From Candidatus Latescibacterota bacterium (GTDB lineage: Bacteria; Latescibacterota; UBA2968; GCA-2709665), in contig OZ244744.1 of NCBI GenBank assembly GCA_965219455.1, positions 32,001 to 96,000 of the forward strand: 64,000 nucleotides of DNA, given 5' to 3'. This document shows, piece after piece, positions 9,080 through 19,290 of this stretch. Made by a program: the position numbers and the translations under genes. A model generated the notes under the pieces. The model was not told where the DNA came from and made no database searches. It worked only from the letters and a program-made list of their open reading frames with translations. Positions within the stretch are counted from its first letter, which is position 1. Each line of letters opens with the position of its first letter.

Positions 9080-10792
9080 ATGCAGATTGGTATTCTGACA
9101 GACCCGTCCAACCTTTCGGCGTACATTGCCGAGATTTTCAAGACCTGGGGTTTGCCGCTCTTTCGGGCCATTTCCCACGACCGGGTTCCCACCCTGGAAC
9201 CGGCCGATATCCCGGTGCTCGTCTGTCCGGCATATCATGACGAAGCCCCGCTCGTGGACTACGCCCGCCGGGGTGGCACCGTCCTCTGCTTCCTTCCAGG
9301 AAAGACGCTTGCCGGCGCGGCCGGATTGACGGTCCTGGGCGCGAAAAAACCGCCGCTACGTCTGCGCAACACCGCGTATCCCACCGGCGGCCTGGCAGGC
9401 GAACGCGTTCCCGTCGTGGGGGACGTCCAGGCGTGGGAACACTCGGAGACCGCGAAACCGCTGGCCTTTCTGTCCCACCCGGGGCGCTATGAAGGCGAAA
9501 CCGTGGGCATTTCGGAAACCCGCCTCGAAGGTGGGAGAATCGTTGCCTTCGCCTTTGACCTGCCCCGCTGCGTCCTGGTGCTTCGCCAGGGCGACCCCGA
9601 CCTTGCCGAAAGCATCCCCGACGGCGACGGCTGCGCCCGGCCATCGCACATGGCCGCCCGCGTGGGCCCGCACGACGCCGGCTGGATCCCTCACGCCGAC
9701 TTGCTCTCCCGGCTGTTGGTGGACCTGGCCCGCCGTTACCTGCCCGCGCCGACGCCCTTTCTGTCCCACCTGCCCCACACCGCCCGGGGCATCCTGCTCT
9801 ACTCCGGAGACGAGGATTATGCCGACGTGGCGTCGAACGAGGATGAGTTCGACGGCGTCGCCGGCGCGGGCGGACGCATGAGTCTGTACATCATCCCCAC
9901 CCACACCAGATCCACGGCCGACGACGTGGCGAGATATGCCGAAACCCATGATATCGGACCGCACCCGAACCTTCGACCGCTGGATGGCCGTCCGGTACAG
10001 GAACGCGTCGCCGAATTTGAACGTCAGATCCGCCTGTTCGAAGAGATGTTCCGAATTCCCGCACGTACCTTGCGCAATCACTGCACCGCGTGGGCCGGCT
10101 ACCTGGATCTCGTGGATATCATGGAAAAACTGGGTGTGCTGATGGACGGCAACTACTTTTCGGGAACTTATATGAGGGACAGGGAGGGCGCGCCCTACGC
10201 TTCGTTCGGCGCGGCGCTTCCCATGCGCTTCTGCCACCCGGATGGCCGCCTTGTCAACGTCTACCAGCAGCACACCCACGCCATCGACGACGGCATGTTC
10301 GGCCCGCAGGATTACTCCTACAAGCTGTCACCACCAGTATTCTCGGTTATGCTCGAACGCATCTTCACCGATATTGCGACCCGATTCCACACGCCCTACG
10401 GCGTCTGTATCCACCCGGGAAACTGGGTGAAATTTTCGGAAGCACAGGGCAGGGAACTGCTCCGTCAGGCAAACGAAAAAGGCCTGCCAATCTGGTCCTT
10501 CGACCAGTGGGCGGCCTTCTGGAGTGCACGCGATACGTGGTTTTTCACCGACCTGGACTGGAACGGTTCAGTTCTGAGCTTCAACCTTCAAGGCCATTCG
10601 CCTCACCCCGATCTCCGCATCCTGATTCCACAACAATTCGCCGGCGCGCCAATCAATGAGATCCTCGTGGATGGCAACGCGGCGCGTCCGGATGTGGATG
10701 TCCGATACCGTGAAAATGTCAGCCTCGTGTCCATTCCCGGGGACCGGACGGACATTTCGATCCAGGCCATATACCCCCCGAATCCGAACTGA
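9080..10792 (+). CDS. Hypothetical protein with C-terminal polysaccharide-deacetylase-like (NodB/GH57-type) barrel
   Basis: 570 aa; SGDED, IGPHP, LRNHC and CIHP motifs resemble a carbohydrate esterase barrel. Confidence 0.6.
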   Translation: MQIGILTDPSNLSAYIAEIFKTWGLPLFRAISHDRVPTLEPADIPVLVCPAYHDEAPLVDYARRGGTVLCFLPGKTLAGAAGLTVLGAKKPPLRLRNTAYPTGGLAGERVPVVGDVQAWEHSETAKPLAFLSHPGRYEGETVGISETRLEGGRIVAFAFDLPRCVLVLRQGDPDLAESIPDGDGCARPSHMAARVGPHDAGWIPHADLLSRLLVDLARRYLPAPTPFLSHLPHTARGILLYSGDEDYADVASNEDEFDGVAGAGGRMSLYIIPTHTRSTADDVARYAETHDIGPHPNLRPLDGRPVQERVAEFERQIRLFEEMFRIPARTLRNHCTAWAGYLDLVDIMEKLGVLMDGNYFSGTYMRDREGAPYASFGAALPMRFCHPDGRLVNVYQQHTHAIDDGMFGPQDYSYKLSPPVFSVMLERIFTDIATRFHTPYGVCIHPGNWVKFSEAQGRELLRQANEKGLPIWSFDQWAAFWSARDTWFFTDLDWNGSVLSFNLQGHSPHPDLRILIPQQFAGAPINEILVDGNAARPDVDVRYRENVSLVSIPGDRTDISIQAIYPPNPN

Positions 10793-10799
10793 GCACACC

Positions 10800-11615
10800 G
10801 TGTCGAAACGACCCCTCAGAATCATCGTCTTCGGGGCGCATCCCGACGACTGCGATATCAAAGCCGGCGGACTTGCAATCAACTACGCGGCTCTCGGCCA
10901 CGAGGTGCGTTTCGTTTCCGTGACAAACGGAGACGCCGGCCATCATGAGATAGGGGGCATCGCGCTCGCGCGCAAACGACGTGCGGAAGCCGAAGCCGCG
11001 GGCGCAGTGGCCGGTATCGAATATCACGTGATGGACAACCACGACGGAGAGCTGGAGCCCACGCTGGAGAATCGCAAAAACGTCATCCGTATGATCCGCT
11101 CCTACACGCCGGACCTTATCCTCACCCATCGGCCCAACGACTACCATCCGGACCATCGGTACACGGCCATCCTCGTGCAGGACGCCGCCTACATGGTCAC
11201 GGTCCCCAACGTCTGTACGGACGTGCCCGCGCTATCTTACAACCCCGTGATCGCCTATATGAGCGATAACTTCACGTCTCCCGCGCCCTTTGCGCCCGAA
11301 GTGGCAATCGACATCGACGCCGTCGTCGATAAGAAACTAGACATGCTGCATTGCCACACCTCCCAGATGTACGAGTGGCTGCCCTACAATGCCGGCATAC
11401 TCGACGAAGTACCGGAATCATCCCGCGAACGCAGAATGTGGCTGGAACACAGGCTGGAGCAGTTCAAGGCCGTTGCAAACCGCCACCGCGGCCTTCTCGT
11501 GAAACGCTATGGCGAAAGCCGTGGACGCAGCATCCGCTATGCGGAGGCCTTTCAGGTCTGCGAATACGGCGCTGCCCTCACCCCGGAGAATATCCCCGTC
11601 TTATTCCCCCTTTGA
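10800..11615 (+). CDS. PIG-L/LmbE family N-acetyl deacetylase
   Basis: GAHPDD, RRAEA, HPDH motifs; GTG start at 10800. Confidence 0.93.
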   Translation: MSKRPLRIIVFGAHPDDCDIKAGGLAINYAALGHEVRFVSVTNGDAGHHEIGGIALARKRRAEAEAAGAVAGIEYHVMDNHDGELEPTLENRKNVIRMIRSYTPDLILTHRPNDYHPDHRYTAILVQDAAYMVTVPNVCTDVPALSYNPVIAYMSDNFTSPAPFAPEVAIDIDAVVDKKLDMLHCHTSQMYEWLPYNAGILDEVPESSRERRMWLEHRLEQFKAVANRHRGLLVKRYGESRGRSIRYAEAFQVCEYGAALTPENIPVLFPL

Positions 11616-11656
11616 CAGGGAAACATTGTCTGGTTGCCTGTCAATACAAAGGGTAC

Positions 11657-12841
11657 TAGTGTTTTGTCCCTAAAGTAACTTGACTATTTATTGAGCCTGT
11701 CCTATGTTCTCTCTACACGCTTCTTACACCCATCGGGAAAGGAGAGAACCATGGGACGCGGTCGTCCTCGGAAGCCCATTGTGTTGTCTGGCCAGGTCCG
11801 TGAGGAACTCAACTCACTTTCAACCTCTCGTACGTTGTCGCATGGTCTCGTGCGACGTGCCAAGATCGTCTTGATGAGCGTCGAAGGTCTCAGTAACCGG
11901 GTGATTGCCCAAAAAGTCGGGCTGAGCCAGCAGAGCGTCATCACCTGGCGTAACCGCTTTCTCCAGCAAGGATTAATGGGTCTGTATGATGAACGCCGTT
12001 CGGGCAGACCACGCACGGTTGAGGCCGAAGACATCACCGCACTGATCCGCAAGACGCTGACCACAAAACCCGAAGACGGCAGCACCCATTGGACGTGTCG
12101 TTCCATCGCTGCCGAAACGAAGATATCCAAATCCGAGGTGCAACGTATCTGGTCCACATTGGGGATTGCGCCACACCGTCAGAAGCACTTCAAGCTATCT
12201 AACGATCCCTTCTTCACAGAAAAAGTCCACGACATCGTCGGTCTGTATCTGGACCCACCGGATTCTGCGATAGTGCTTTGTGTCGACGAGAAAAGCCAGA
12301 CGCAGGCGTTGGAGCGTACCCAGCCGCTTTTGCCGATGGGGCTGGGATATGTGGAGGGCGTGACGCACGATTACCGCCGCCACGGCACCACGACGTTGTT
12401 CGCTGCCCTGGACATTGCCTCGGGCGAGGTGTTGACGCAATGCAAGCGCAGGCACCGCCACCAGGAGTTTTTGCAGTTTCTCAACCACATCGACCAAAAC
12501 GTCCCTGATGATCTCGATGTGCATTTGATCGTCGACAACTATTGTACGCACAAACACACCAAAGTGAAACGATGGCTTTCACAAAGACCCAGATACCACG
12601 TTCACTTTACACCGACCTACGCATCCTGGCTCAACCAGGTCGAGATCTGGTTCAATATCATCACTCAGAAGGCCATCAGGCGCGGCTCCTTCAGATCTGT
12701 CAATGAACTTATCGACAGAATACAAACCTTCACCGACAACTACAACGACACGTCGAAGCCTTTCGTCTGGACCGCCACCGCACAATCGATCATCCAAAAA
12801 GTCGAACGATTTTGTAAAGCTATTTCTGGGACGGGACACTA
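11657..12841 (+). mobile_element. Complete IS630-family insertion sequence
   Basis: CTAG at both ends (11656-11659, 12839-12842); imperfect TIRs TGTTTTGTCCCTAAAGTA / TGTCCCGTCCCAGAAATA. Confidence 0.9.
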
Positions 12842-12842
12842 G
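11751..12842 (+). CDS. IS630 family transposase
   Basis: N-terminal HTH; DDE residues in [21 protein letters not shown]. Confidence 0.96.
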   Translation: MGRGRPRKPIVLSGQVREELNSLSTSRTLSHGLVRRAKIVLMSVEGLSNRVIAQKVGLSQQSVITWRNRFLQQGLMGLYDERRSGRPRTVEAEDITALIRKTLTTKPEDGSTHWTCRSIAAETKISKSEVQRIWSTLGIAPHRQKHFKLSNDPFFTEKVHDIVGLYLDPPDSAIVLCVDEKSQTQALERTQPLLPMGLGYVEGVTHDYRRHGTTTLFAALDIASGEVLTQCKRRHRHQEFLQFLNHIDQNVPDDLDVHLIVDNYCTHKHTKVKRWLSQRPRYHVHFTPTYASWLNQVEIWFNIITQKAIRRGSFRSVNELIDRIQTFTDNYNDTSKPFVWTATAQSIIQKVERFCKAISGTGH

Positions 12843-14551
12843 AACGCATTCACCATACGTACGTGCACCTTTCCCCGACCCGGATTGTCGGTTCTTGTCA
12901 AACCGTAATCCAGTCCGATGGTCCCCAGCCGGGATACGGTACGCATCCCCAGACCGAAGCCAACCGGGAAGAGCAACCCGTTCTTTTTACCCATGGCGGC
13001 ATCCCCGAGAACACCGGCATCGACGAACAGAAACGCCCGTGATCGACGCGCCAGTATAAGCCGCCACTCCAGATTCATCCAGATTGCCCGATTCACCAGA
13101 AACGCCTCCTCGCGGTAACCTCGAATTGACGTCGCTCCCCCCAATCGCAAGGGCCCGTCCGGAAGCGCGACCCCGTTTTCCGCCACTCCTGCGCCGTGCA
13201 GGGACCCGGCGAGCGCCGTACGGCGTCCCAGCGCCAGAAATCGATGCAGATCCATCACAACTCGAAACCTGTGGCCGGTGCCTCCGTCCTGTGTGACGCG
13301 GCTCCAGACCAGTCCGACACGATACAATGAACCCGACATCGGATTCCACCGATTGTCACGACGGTCGAATTCAAGCGCACCATCCAGAGACCATATTCGA
13401 CCCTTCACAAAACCGCTCGCCCCGCTTGAATCCGGCCGAACGCCGCCTTTGGAAACGCCGACACGAACGTCAGCGCCCCTGACCGTGGACAGACTGACTC
13501 CGAGACCCAGGCGGTTTTCGGCAAACCCGGGCCGTTGCCGCATCAGAAGCGTCGCCTCAAGACCCAATGGCCGCCTCAAAATCCACGGTTCAACATAGAG
13601 CAGATCCAGATCGGACGCCGCGTTCCCCCTGCGCGACCAGGAGGCGTCCGCGCGCCGTCCGGTTCCCAGCAGATTGTTGAAAGCGATGGCAAACGATCCG
13701 GTCAGGCCTCTCGCACCATCTCCCGACGCCGGCGCGACGCCCACGATGCCTTCGGCCCGGCCCGGCGGCGCCTCGTAGACGGAAACCACCAGTGCCGTGC
13801 GTCCGTCAGGCCCGGTCTTCAACACCGCGTCATCCACATCCAGCAGAAACGGGAGACGCCTGAGCGCAAGCAGCGCCCGGTCCACCCGGCGCTGATCGTA
13901 GGGGTCGCCCTGCGATATCCGCATCTCGCGCCGCAGCGTCTCGACACGCGTGATCCGGTTGCCCACGAAGCGAATCGTATCCACCCGCACCAGGGGGCCC
14001 TCATCGACCTCGATCCGAAACCTCGCGGTGTCGCTTCCGGGCGACACGCTCACCTCGGGCGCCAGGGTACAATAAGGGTACCCGCGGTTTTCGTAAAACC
14101 GAACCAGCGCCTCCAGATCCATCTCAAGGGTTTTCCTGATCAGCGGCGCCCCTCCGCGTGAGAACATCGCGTTCATCAGGGAGTCCGATGCCGCGTGTTC
14201 GTTTCCTGAAATTTCAACCGTGTCGATGAGCGTCCGCCTCCCCTCCTCGATTCGAAAACGCACGCGCCCCCGATTCACCTCCACCTCTGGAAACGCAACG
14301 GAAACCTGCCAGTATCCCTCGTCTCGATATCCATCCAGAATTCGCACCATGTCCTTCTGAAGAAGCAGGCTGTCCACCGGCAGACCGGTGCGCGTTATCA
14401 GCCAGCTTCGAACACGATCTTCGGATATCCGGCGCGCTCCGTCTACCCGCACTTTTCGCACGAGAACACGATCGGCCGCTGGCGCTTCCACCGATACACC
14501 CGCCAGAAGGTGAATAACGAGGCAATAGAGCCATACACGTCCATTCCCCAT
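12839..14551 (-). CDS. Omp85 (BamA/TamA-like) outer-membrane protein with 3 POTRA domains
   Basis: Signal-like N-terminus; three POTRA starts ([26 protein letters not shown]); IRGY loop-6 motif; terminal Phe. Confidence 0.88.
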   Translation of the reverse strand: MGNGRVWLYCLVIHLLAGVSVEAPAADRVLVRKVRVDGARRISEDRVRSWLITRTGLPVDSLLLQKDMVRILDGYRDEGYWQVSVAFPEVEVNRGRVRFRIEEGRRTLIDTVEISGNEHAASDSLMNAMFSRGGAPLIRKTLEMDLEALVRFYENRGYPYCTLAPEVSVSPGSDTARFRIEVDEGPLVRVDTIRFVGNRITRVETLRREMRISQGDPYDQRRVDRALLALRRLPFLLDVDDAVLKTGPDGRTALVVSVYEAPPGRAEGIVGVAPASGDGARGLTGSFAIAFNNLLGTGRRADASWSRRGNAASDLDLLYVEPWILRRPLGLEATLLMRQRPGFAENRLGLGVSLSTVRGADVRVGVSKGGVRPDSSGASGFVKGRIWSLDGALEFDRRDNRWNPMSGSLYRVGLVWSRVTQDGGTGHRFRVVMDLHRFLALGRRTALAGSLHGAGVAENGVALPDGPLRLGGATSIRGYREEAFLVNRAIWMNLEWRLILARRSRAFLFVDAGVLGDAAMGKKNGLLFPVGFGLGMRTVSRLGTIGLDYGLTRTDNPGRGKVHVRMVNAF

Positions 14552-14657
14552 GATGGGGAGCGGCCGTGTCGAAGTCGACCCTGAGCATCGGCCTGTTACC
14601 CTGAACAAGCGTCCGCGGGTGATTTGACGTCCATACCGGAACACGCCGCGCCTTTCA

Positions 14658-14819
14658 GAAGCTGTCTTAAAACCCCCAGCGGTCTTCGCGCGGCTGCAAA
14701 AGCATCGGTCGTCGTTGGTCGAACCCACCCGTATCTTCAGATATTGGAGGATCCGCCCGCCTGGACCGACACCTTTTCGCTCGCGCTCGGGAACTCACCG
14801 GGAATTTCAAGACAGCCTT
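14658..14819. mobile_element. MITE-like element (~160 bp) with IS5-like ends
   Basis: Imperfect TIR GAAGCTGTCTTAAAA / AAGGCTGTCTTGAAA; TCA on both flanks. Confidence 0.6.
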
Positions 14820-17800
14820 TCAAAATAAAGCCCGCATCTCCATACGCCCCAGATGCAGGACCGGTTTGCCGGAACGTTTACGTCCGTCGTACAAGATCAT
14901 CGCCGTCAGATACCGACCCAGCCGGTAGTCCACACCCAGACGCCAGCCCATGTTGTTTCCCGCTCGGTTTCCATCTGCCATTCCAAGGAACAGCGGCAGG
15001 GATCCCGATGCGAAAACACGGGTCCAATCCCCTGATGTTCGCAACCGCCCCCGGCCCGGCAGCGTGCGTCGAATTTCCGGGCGAACGGACACAAAACGGG
15101 CAAGCAGCGCCCTGTTTTCCTCCCTGTCCCGGCCAAACGCCAGTTCCAACCGCGTCTGCCATGCCCGTGGCGTGTGCCGATACCCGCTCGTGGATAACCT
15201 TCGGGACCGAATCCGATAAAAAAACGGCCCGTCGCCGGGTCGGTCACGTTGTTCGCCGTGCATTTCCAGTTCAACAGACGACGCCCGCCCGAAGGAAAAA
15301 CGTCCCTGCGCGGACACCTGCGACGTCGTCTCCAGCCCTCCGTCGGTAAATGTCCGGTCCATGCGGGAGCCCCGGCGAGCGGAAAGACGGAACGTTGCCG
15401 GACGCCGGTATCGAAACAGGTAAAGCCGCGTTCGCAACTCGCGCCGTCCGTGGAGAATCCCCTCGCCGGAACCAAATCCATACATGTCCCAGGGCGCCAC
15501 GCCGGTCTGGCCCGGCGGTACCTGCCGGTCGGCCTCCAGCGAGATATCCAGCGACACGCCGGCCAGCATACGCAGCCACCTACCCGCGGGAGATCGCAGC
15601 AACCGCTTCAGCACGAACTCCGTACGGGCAGCAAGAGCCCCGTCACGCACCGGGCGGAATCCGACGGCTGGACTGAAATAACGCACGTACTCGCCATCCA
15701 CGTCTGCCACGAACTCCTCGGGATCCCGGAGCCCGTCGCCATCCACGTCCTCCCAGACATGCGTACCTCGACCCGGCCCGAGGGCGACATACACCGGCTG
15801 TCTGTCTGGCGCCCCGGTGCTGGAAATCCGATAGGAAAATCTGTGAGAAACCGCGCCGTTGAAAGCGGCGTACCCCCATCTTATCCTGGCCAGGTCCGTC
15901 AATCGTCCCTTTGCCGGATACAGGGGGGATTTCGTTCTGCTCCTGCTATACTCCCCTGAAAACGACAGCCCGCGCCAGCCGGACATGGAGGCGCGGTGCG
16001 TTGTCGACCATGCCCGCACGCTATCTCGCCAGGCGCGCTCCAGCAGGTGTATCCGCCGAATCGATATTTCCGACGTCCACGCCAGCGCATCCAACACGCG
16101 TGTGGATAGATCCACGGCGCCCGCCCGGATGCGTATTCCACGGTGCGCGGGATCGACTAACGATGCGTAGAATAGAGACGAATGGGAAACAGACGACCCC
16201 GTCGCCGTTTCCGACTCAAAACGGAATCCCGGCGTGACCCCTCGCATCTGAGCCCTTATACGACCCCGATGCCTTGCGAACAACCCTGAGCCGTGGGACA
16301 CTTCGTCGAACCGATAGGACACCTGCGGGACCCGTGAGTCGGAAATCTGCAGGCCGACGTCGCGCCGGATTGCCGTTTCTTTTCCGTGACGCCGTCCGTA
16401 ACCGGCATCGAACCGGATGCCGGGCCTGAGGGCGTATTGCAACGCGACTTCGCCCATGCGGTCTCCCGACTCCGTCGCGTCGGCCCGCCAGCCCCACCGC
16501 CCCTCATGCGTTACTCGCACGATGCGTTCAATCCCCCTGAACCCGGCGCCGACCTGGCGGTATGCACCCGTTACTCGAAGCCGCCCGAGAGCGTAACCGC
16601 CCAATCGCATCGGGTCCGGCCACAGGTCCAATCCGAGCCTGAAAGCCCGCCCTCGTCTTTGCTTACGGGCGTCCGCCTCCGAGGGCAACGCGCTCATCGC
16701 AAGTTCGCCGTCCAGCCGCACGCCCCCAATAGGCTCATATGCGGCATCCAGTACGGCCAGTTGCCGCTGCAACGGTCGAAAGGGTGGTGCAGAAACGCCG
16801 ACGCCCAGGATCCCGCCATCCCGGTCCGCCTCGCGGATAAACGTGCCCCCGACCTTCAGCCGGTCGTCCGAGAGCGCCAGCGTGCCACGCGCACCCATCA
16901 GGCGTCGGCGGGCACCGGGCGCCTCGAACTGGTACTCCACTGTAATGCGGCTCTGTCCGTAGATCGGCGTGACGGGGGTAAATGTAATCACGGACAACTC
17001 ATAGTCCACGACGTAGTCCTGGCCCTCGCCCCGGCGCAGCAGACGTCCGTCCTGATAGACCCGTTCCGAACCCGCGACAATTCGCCCTCCCCGAGCCGCG
17101 GCATCACCGGGCAATCGGTATGGACCCTGGTAACCCTCGATGGGAAGAATGCGGTGGCTGATCCAACGTCCATCCGCAACGGCACCGAAGACCCTGACGT
17201 CTGCGCCGGAAGACGAGAACGCGAGATGCGCGCCGTGGAGCCTCCGGCGATACCTCCCGAACGTGGTGCCGTCAAACGCGACGTCCAGATCGCCAAGTGA
17301 AGCCGAAACCTTCCGGGAACGAACCTGAAACATCACGCGATCCAGCTCCTGCAGGTTACGGGTGCTGCCTTCGAGTCCCAGCGGGAGGTTCCGATCGGAC
17401 AGCATCGCGGCCACCTCGACGCCGTCCGCCATCTGTCCTGTAATATGCACGTGAAGCGCCTGGCTGAGTTCGAGATCACGATTACCACCCACGGTGACCT
17501 GAATGCGCTTGGCACCCCCCACGTCGAGACGTGACGGGGCGTCGTCGTACGCTTCAGGCGTATCCGCCGTCGCGCGACGCCTTCGGCGTTGGGCCGGGGG
17601 TGGCCGTATCGGCGCCCCCTGGGGGTTTCGTTCACGGCGTCTATAGACCTGAGCCAGAACCTGAGGCAACTGCCGAAACCGCACGAGAACCTCGGCGCCG
17701 CGGGGGCGTTCCTGCGCCAGCAACAGCAACCCGTCGGCGTCGTCCAGTTCGTAGTCCAGGTCCCTGACGAGCAGACTGTCGCCCACCCAGACGCTTTCGC

Positions 17801-17975
17801 TGCCCTTCAGAACGGGCCGGTCCGTAATTCGGTAAGGACCCCGGCTGCCGTCCGTCCTGAAGGACCGCTCCAGATCGAAGACGGTCAACTGTTCAGGCGG
17901 CGGCGCCGCGCCCACCGTGGTGCAGAAGCCGGCGCAGATCACGAAGACCTGCCGTATGAGATTGCGCTTGAACAT
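14820..17975 (-). CDS. Large (~1050 aa) predicted outer-membrane beta-barrel protein with SprA-like modules
   Basis: Signal peptide after MFKRN; two SE.V...G.LL.R..DY..DY modules; alternating beta-strand pattern; DVDGDG loop; terminal Phe. Confidence 0.75.
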   Translation of the reverse strand: MFKRNLIRQVFVICAGFCTTVGAAPPPEQLTVFDLERSFRTDGSRGPYRITDRPVLKGSESVWVGDSLLVRDLDYELDDADGLLLLAQERPRGAEVLVRFRQLPQVLAQVYRRRERNPQGAPIRPPPAQRRRRRATADTPEAYDDAPSRLDVGGAKRIQVTVGGNRDLELSQALHVHITGQMADGVEVAAMLSDRNLPLGLEGSTRNLQELDRVMFQVRSRKVSASLGDLDVAFDGTTFGRYRRRLHGAHLAFSSSGADVRVFGAVADGRWISHRILPIEGYQGPYRLPGDAAARGGRIVAGSERVYQDGRLLRRGEGQDYVVDYELSVITFTPVTPIYGQSRITVEYQFEAPGARRRLMGARGTLALSDDRLKVGGTFIREADRDGGILGVGVSAPPFRPLQRQLAVLDAAYEPIGGVRLDGELAMSALPSEADARKQRRGRAFRLGLDLWPDPMRLGGYALGRLRVTGAYRQVGAGFRGIERIVRVTHEGRWGWRADATESGDRMGEVALQYALRPGIRFDAGYGRRHGKETAIRRDVGLQISDSRVPQVSYRFDEVSHGSGLFARHRGRIRAQMRGVTPGFRFESETATGSSVSHSSLFYASLVDPAHRGIRIRAGAVDLSTRVLDALAWTSEISIRRIHLLERAWRDSVRAWSTTHRASMSGWRGLSFSGEYSRSRTKSPLYPAKGRLTDLARIRWGYAAFNGAVSHRFSYRISSTGAPDRQPVYVALGPGRGTHVWEDVDGDGLRDPEEFVADVDGEYVRYFSPAVGFRPVRDGALAARTEFVLKRLLRSPAGRWLRMLAGVSLDISLEADRQVPPGQTGVAPWDMYGFGSGEGILHGRRELRTRLYLFRYRRPATFRLSARRGSRMDRTFTDGGLETTSQVSAQGRFSFGRASSVELEMHGEQRDRPGDGPFFYRIRSRRLSTSGYRHTPRAWQTRLELAFGRDREENRALLARFVSVRPEIRRTLPGRGRLRTSGDWTRVFASGSLPLFLGMADGNRAGNNMGWRLGVDYRLGRYLTAMILYDGRKRSGKPVLHLGRMEMRALF

Positions 17976-18086
17976 ATAAAAACGGAGTCGGTAGTCAGAG
18001 AAACCGGGTACCGCCTCGGTCATCCAAGACCCCGCGGACCGCCCCGCCTGACTCCCGACCCCTGGAATTGACGCGGGGACCGTGCT

Positions 18087-19043
18087 CTACCTCCTGCTGA
18101 TCATCAGTTCGAACTTCTGAATACGATGGTTGCCTCCGTCCAGCACATAGAGGATATTGCCCGGGCCGATGACAACGTCATTCGGCGCCTTGAACGCGCC
18201 CGGCCGATGTCCCGCGTCGGGGCCGCCGATCAGCGCGGCCACGTCCCCGGTCCGCAGATCCAGGACCACGACGCGGTTATTCCCTGTGTCCGCAACAAAC
18301 AGCACATCGTCCGGCCCCGTACACACGCCGGCCGGTTCGGAGAGCGACCCTTCCGCCAGGCTCTTCTTGAAACTACCGTATCGGTCAAATACCGCGACCC
18401 GATCGTTTTCGCTGTCACAGACATAGACTTCATCCTTGTGTCCAATGGCGAGTCCCAAAGGACGCCGGATCCGGCCGGCGCCGTATCCGTACCCCCCGAA
18501 TTGGTTTTCCAGCGGGCTGTAGTTGCTGATTTGAACCACCTGGTCGGCGTCCGTATCGGACACATAGAGCTCGCCGCCTTCGGAAACAGCGATCCCGCCA
18601 AGGTTCCCCAGCCGAACCGGGCCCTCAACGTCCCGTCCGCCAACCACGCCCAACAGGCGGAAGTGCGGGCTGAAGATCTGAATACGGTTGTTTCTCCCGT
18701 CCGCGACGTATACCTCGAGCCCGCCCTTCCCTACCGCGACCCCAGCCGGCTGACTGAATTGACCTGGGTCCCAGCCAAACGTGCCCACCTCCGACAGATA
18801 CGCCCCCCCGGCATCGAATTTCTGGATGCGGTCGTTGCCCGTATCGGCCACGTAGAGATTGCCGAACGTATCGAGGGCGATGGCGGACGGTTCGTGAAAG
18901 TGCCCCACCCCGCCTCCCTTCTGTCCGAAAGCGGATGCGAACCGGAAAGCCACCGTAAGTTTCGGCGACGGCTTCTCCTGCCCGGAAACCCCTGCCGTGG
19001 CAATCACAATAGAGATACAGAAAACACAAACCCGCAATCGCAT
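18087..19043 (-). CDS. Exported NHL-repeat (six-bladed beta-propeller) protein
   Basis: Repeated P.giav....lYVaDtgN.RIQ.F units; signal peptide from ATG 19043. Confidence 0.92.
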   Translation of the reverse strand: MRLRVCVFCISIVIATAGVSGQEKPSPKLTVAFRFASAFGQKGGGVGHFHEPSAIALDTFGNLYVADTGNDRIQKFDAGGAYLSEVGTFGWDPGQFSQPAGVAVGKGGLEVYVADGRNNRIQIFSPHFRLLGVVGGRDVEGPVRLGNLGGIAVSEGGELYVSDTDADQVVQISNYSPLENQFGGYGYGAGRIRRPLGLAIGHKDEVYVCDSENDRVAVFDRYGSFKKSLAEGSLSEPAGVCTGPDDVLFVADTGNNRVVVLDLRTGDVAALIGGPDAGHRPGAFKAPNDVVIGPGNILYVLDGGNHRIQKFELMISRR

Positions 19044-19122
19044 CTCAAACCTTCCAATCACTAACGCATGCAGCAAGCCGGCAGCGCTCTGCACTCGCAA
19101 GGCGCCTGAGCCCTGAGCCGCT

Positions 19123-19185
19123 CCCTGAGCTTGTCGAAGGGTAACGAAACACGGGCATTTCAACGAGCGCGTTTCGACAAGCTCA
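19123..19185. repeat. REP-like inverted doublet, family B (CCCTGAGCTTGTCGAAGGG...TTCGACAAGCTCA)
   Basis: Related copies at 21801-21840, 28649-28667 and 52845-52863. Confidence 0.75.
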
Positions 19186-19290
19186 ACGGACATAAACGCA
19201 GCGAGACGGGATGAACCGGCGCCTGCCTGTGCGTGCTGCCTCACGCACGCAGACAGGGGTGAATGACGTCATATTTCCGGGGACGGGACA

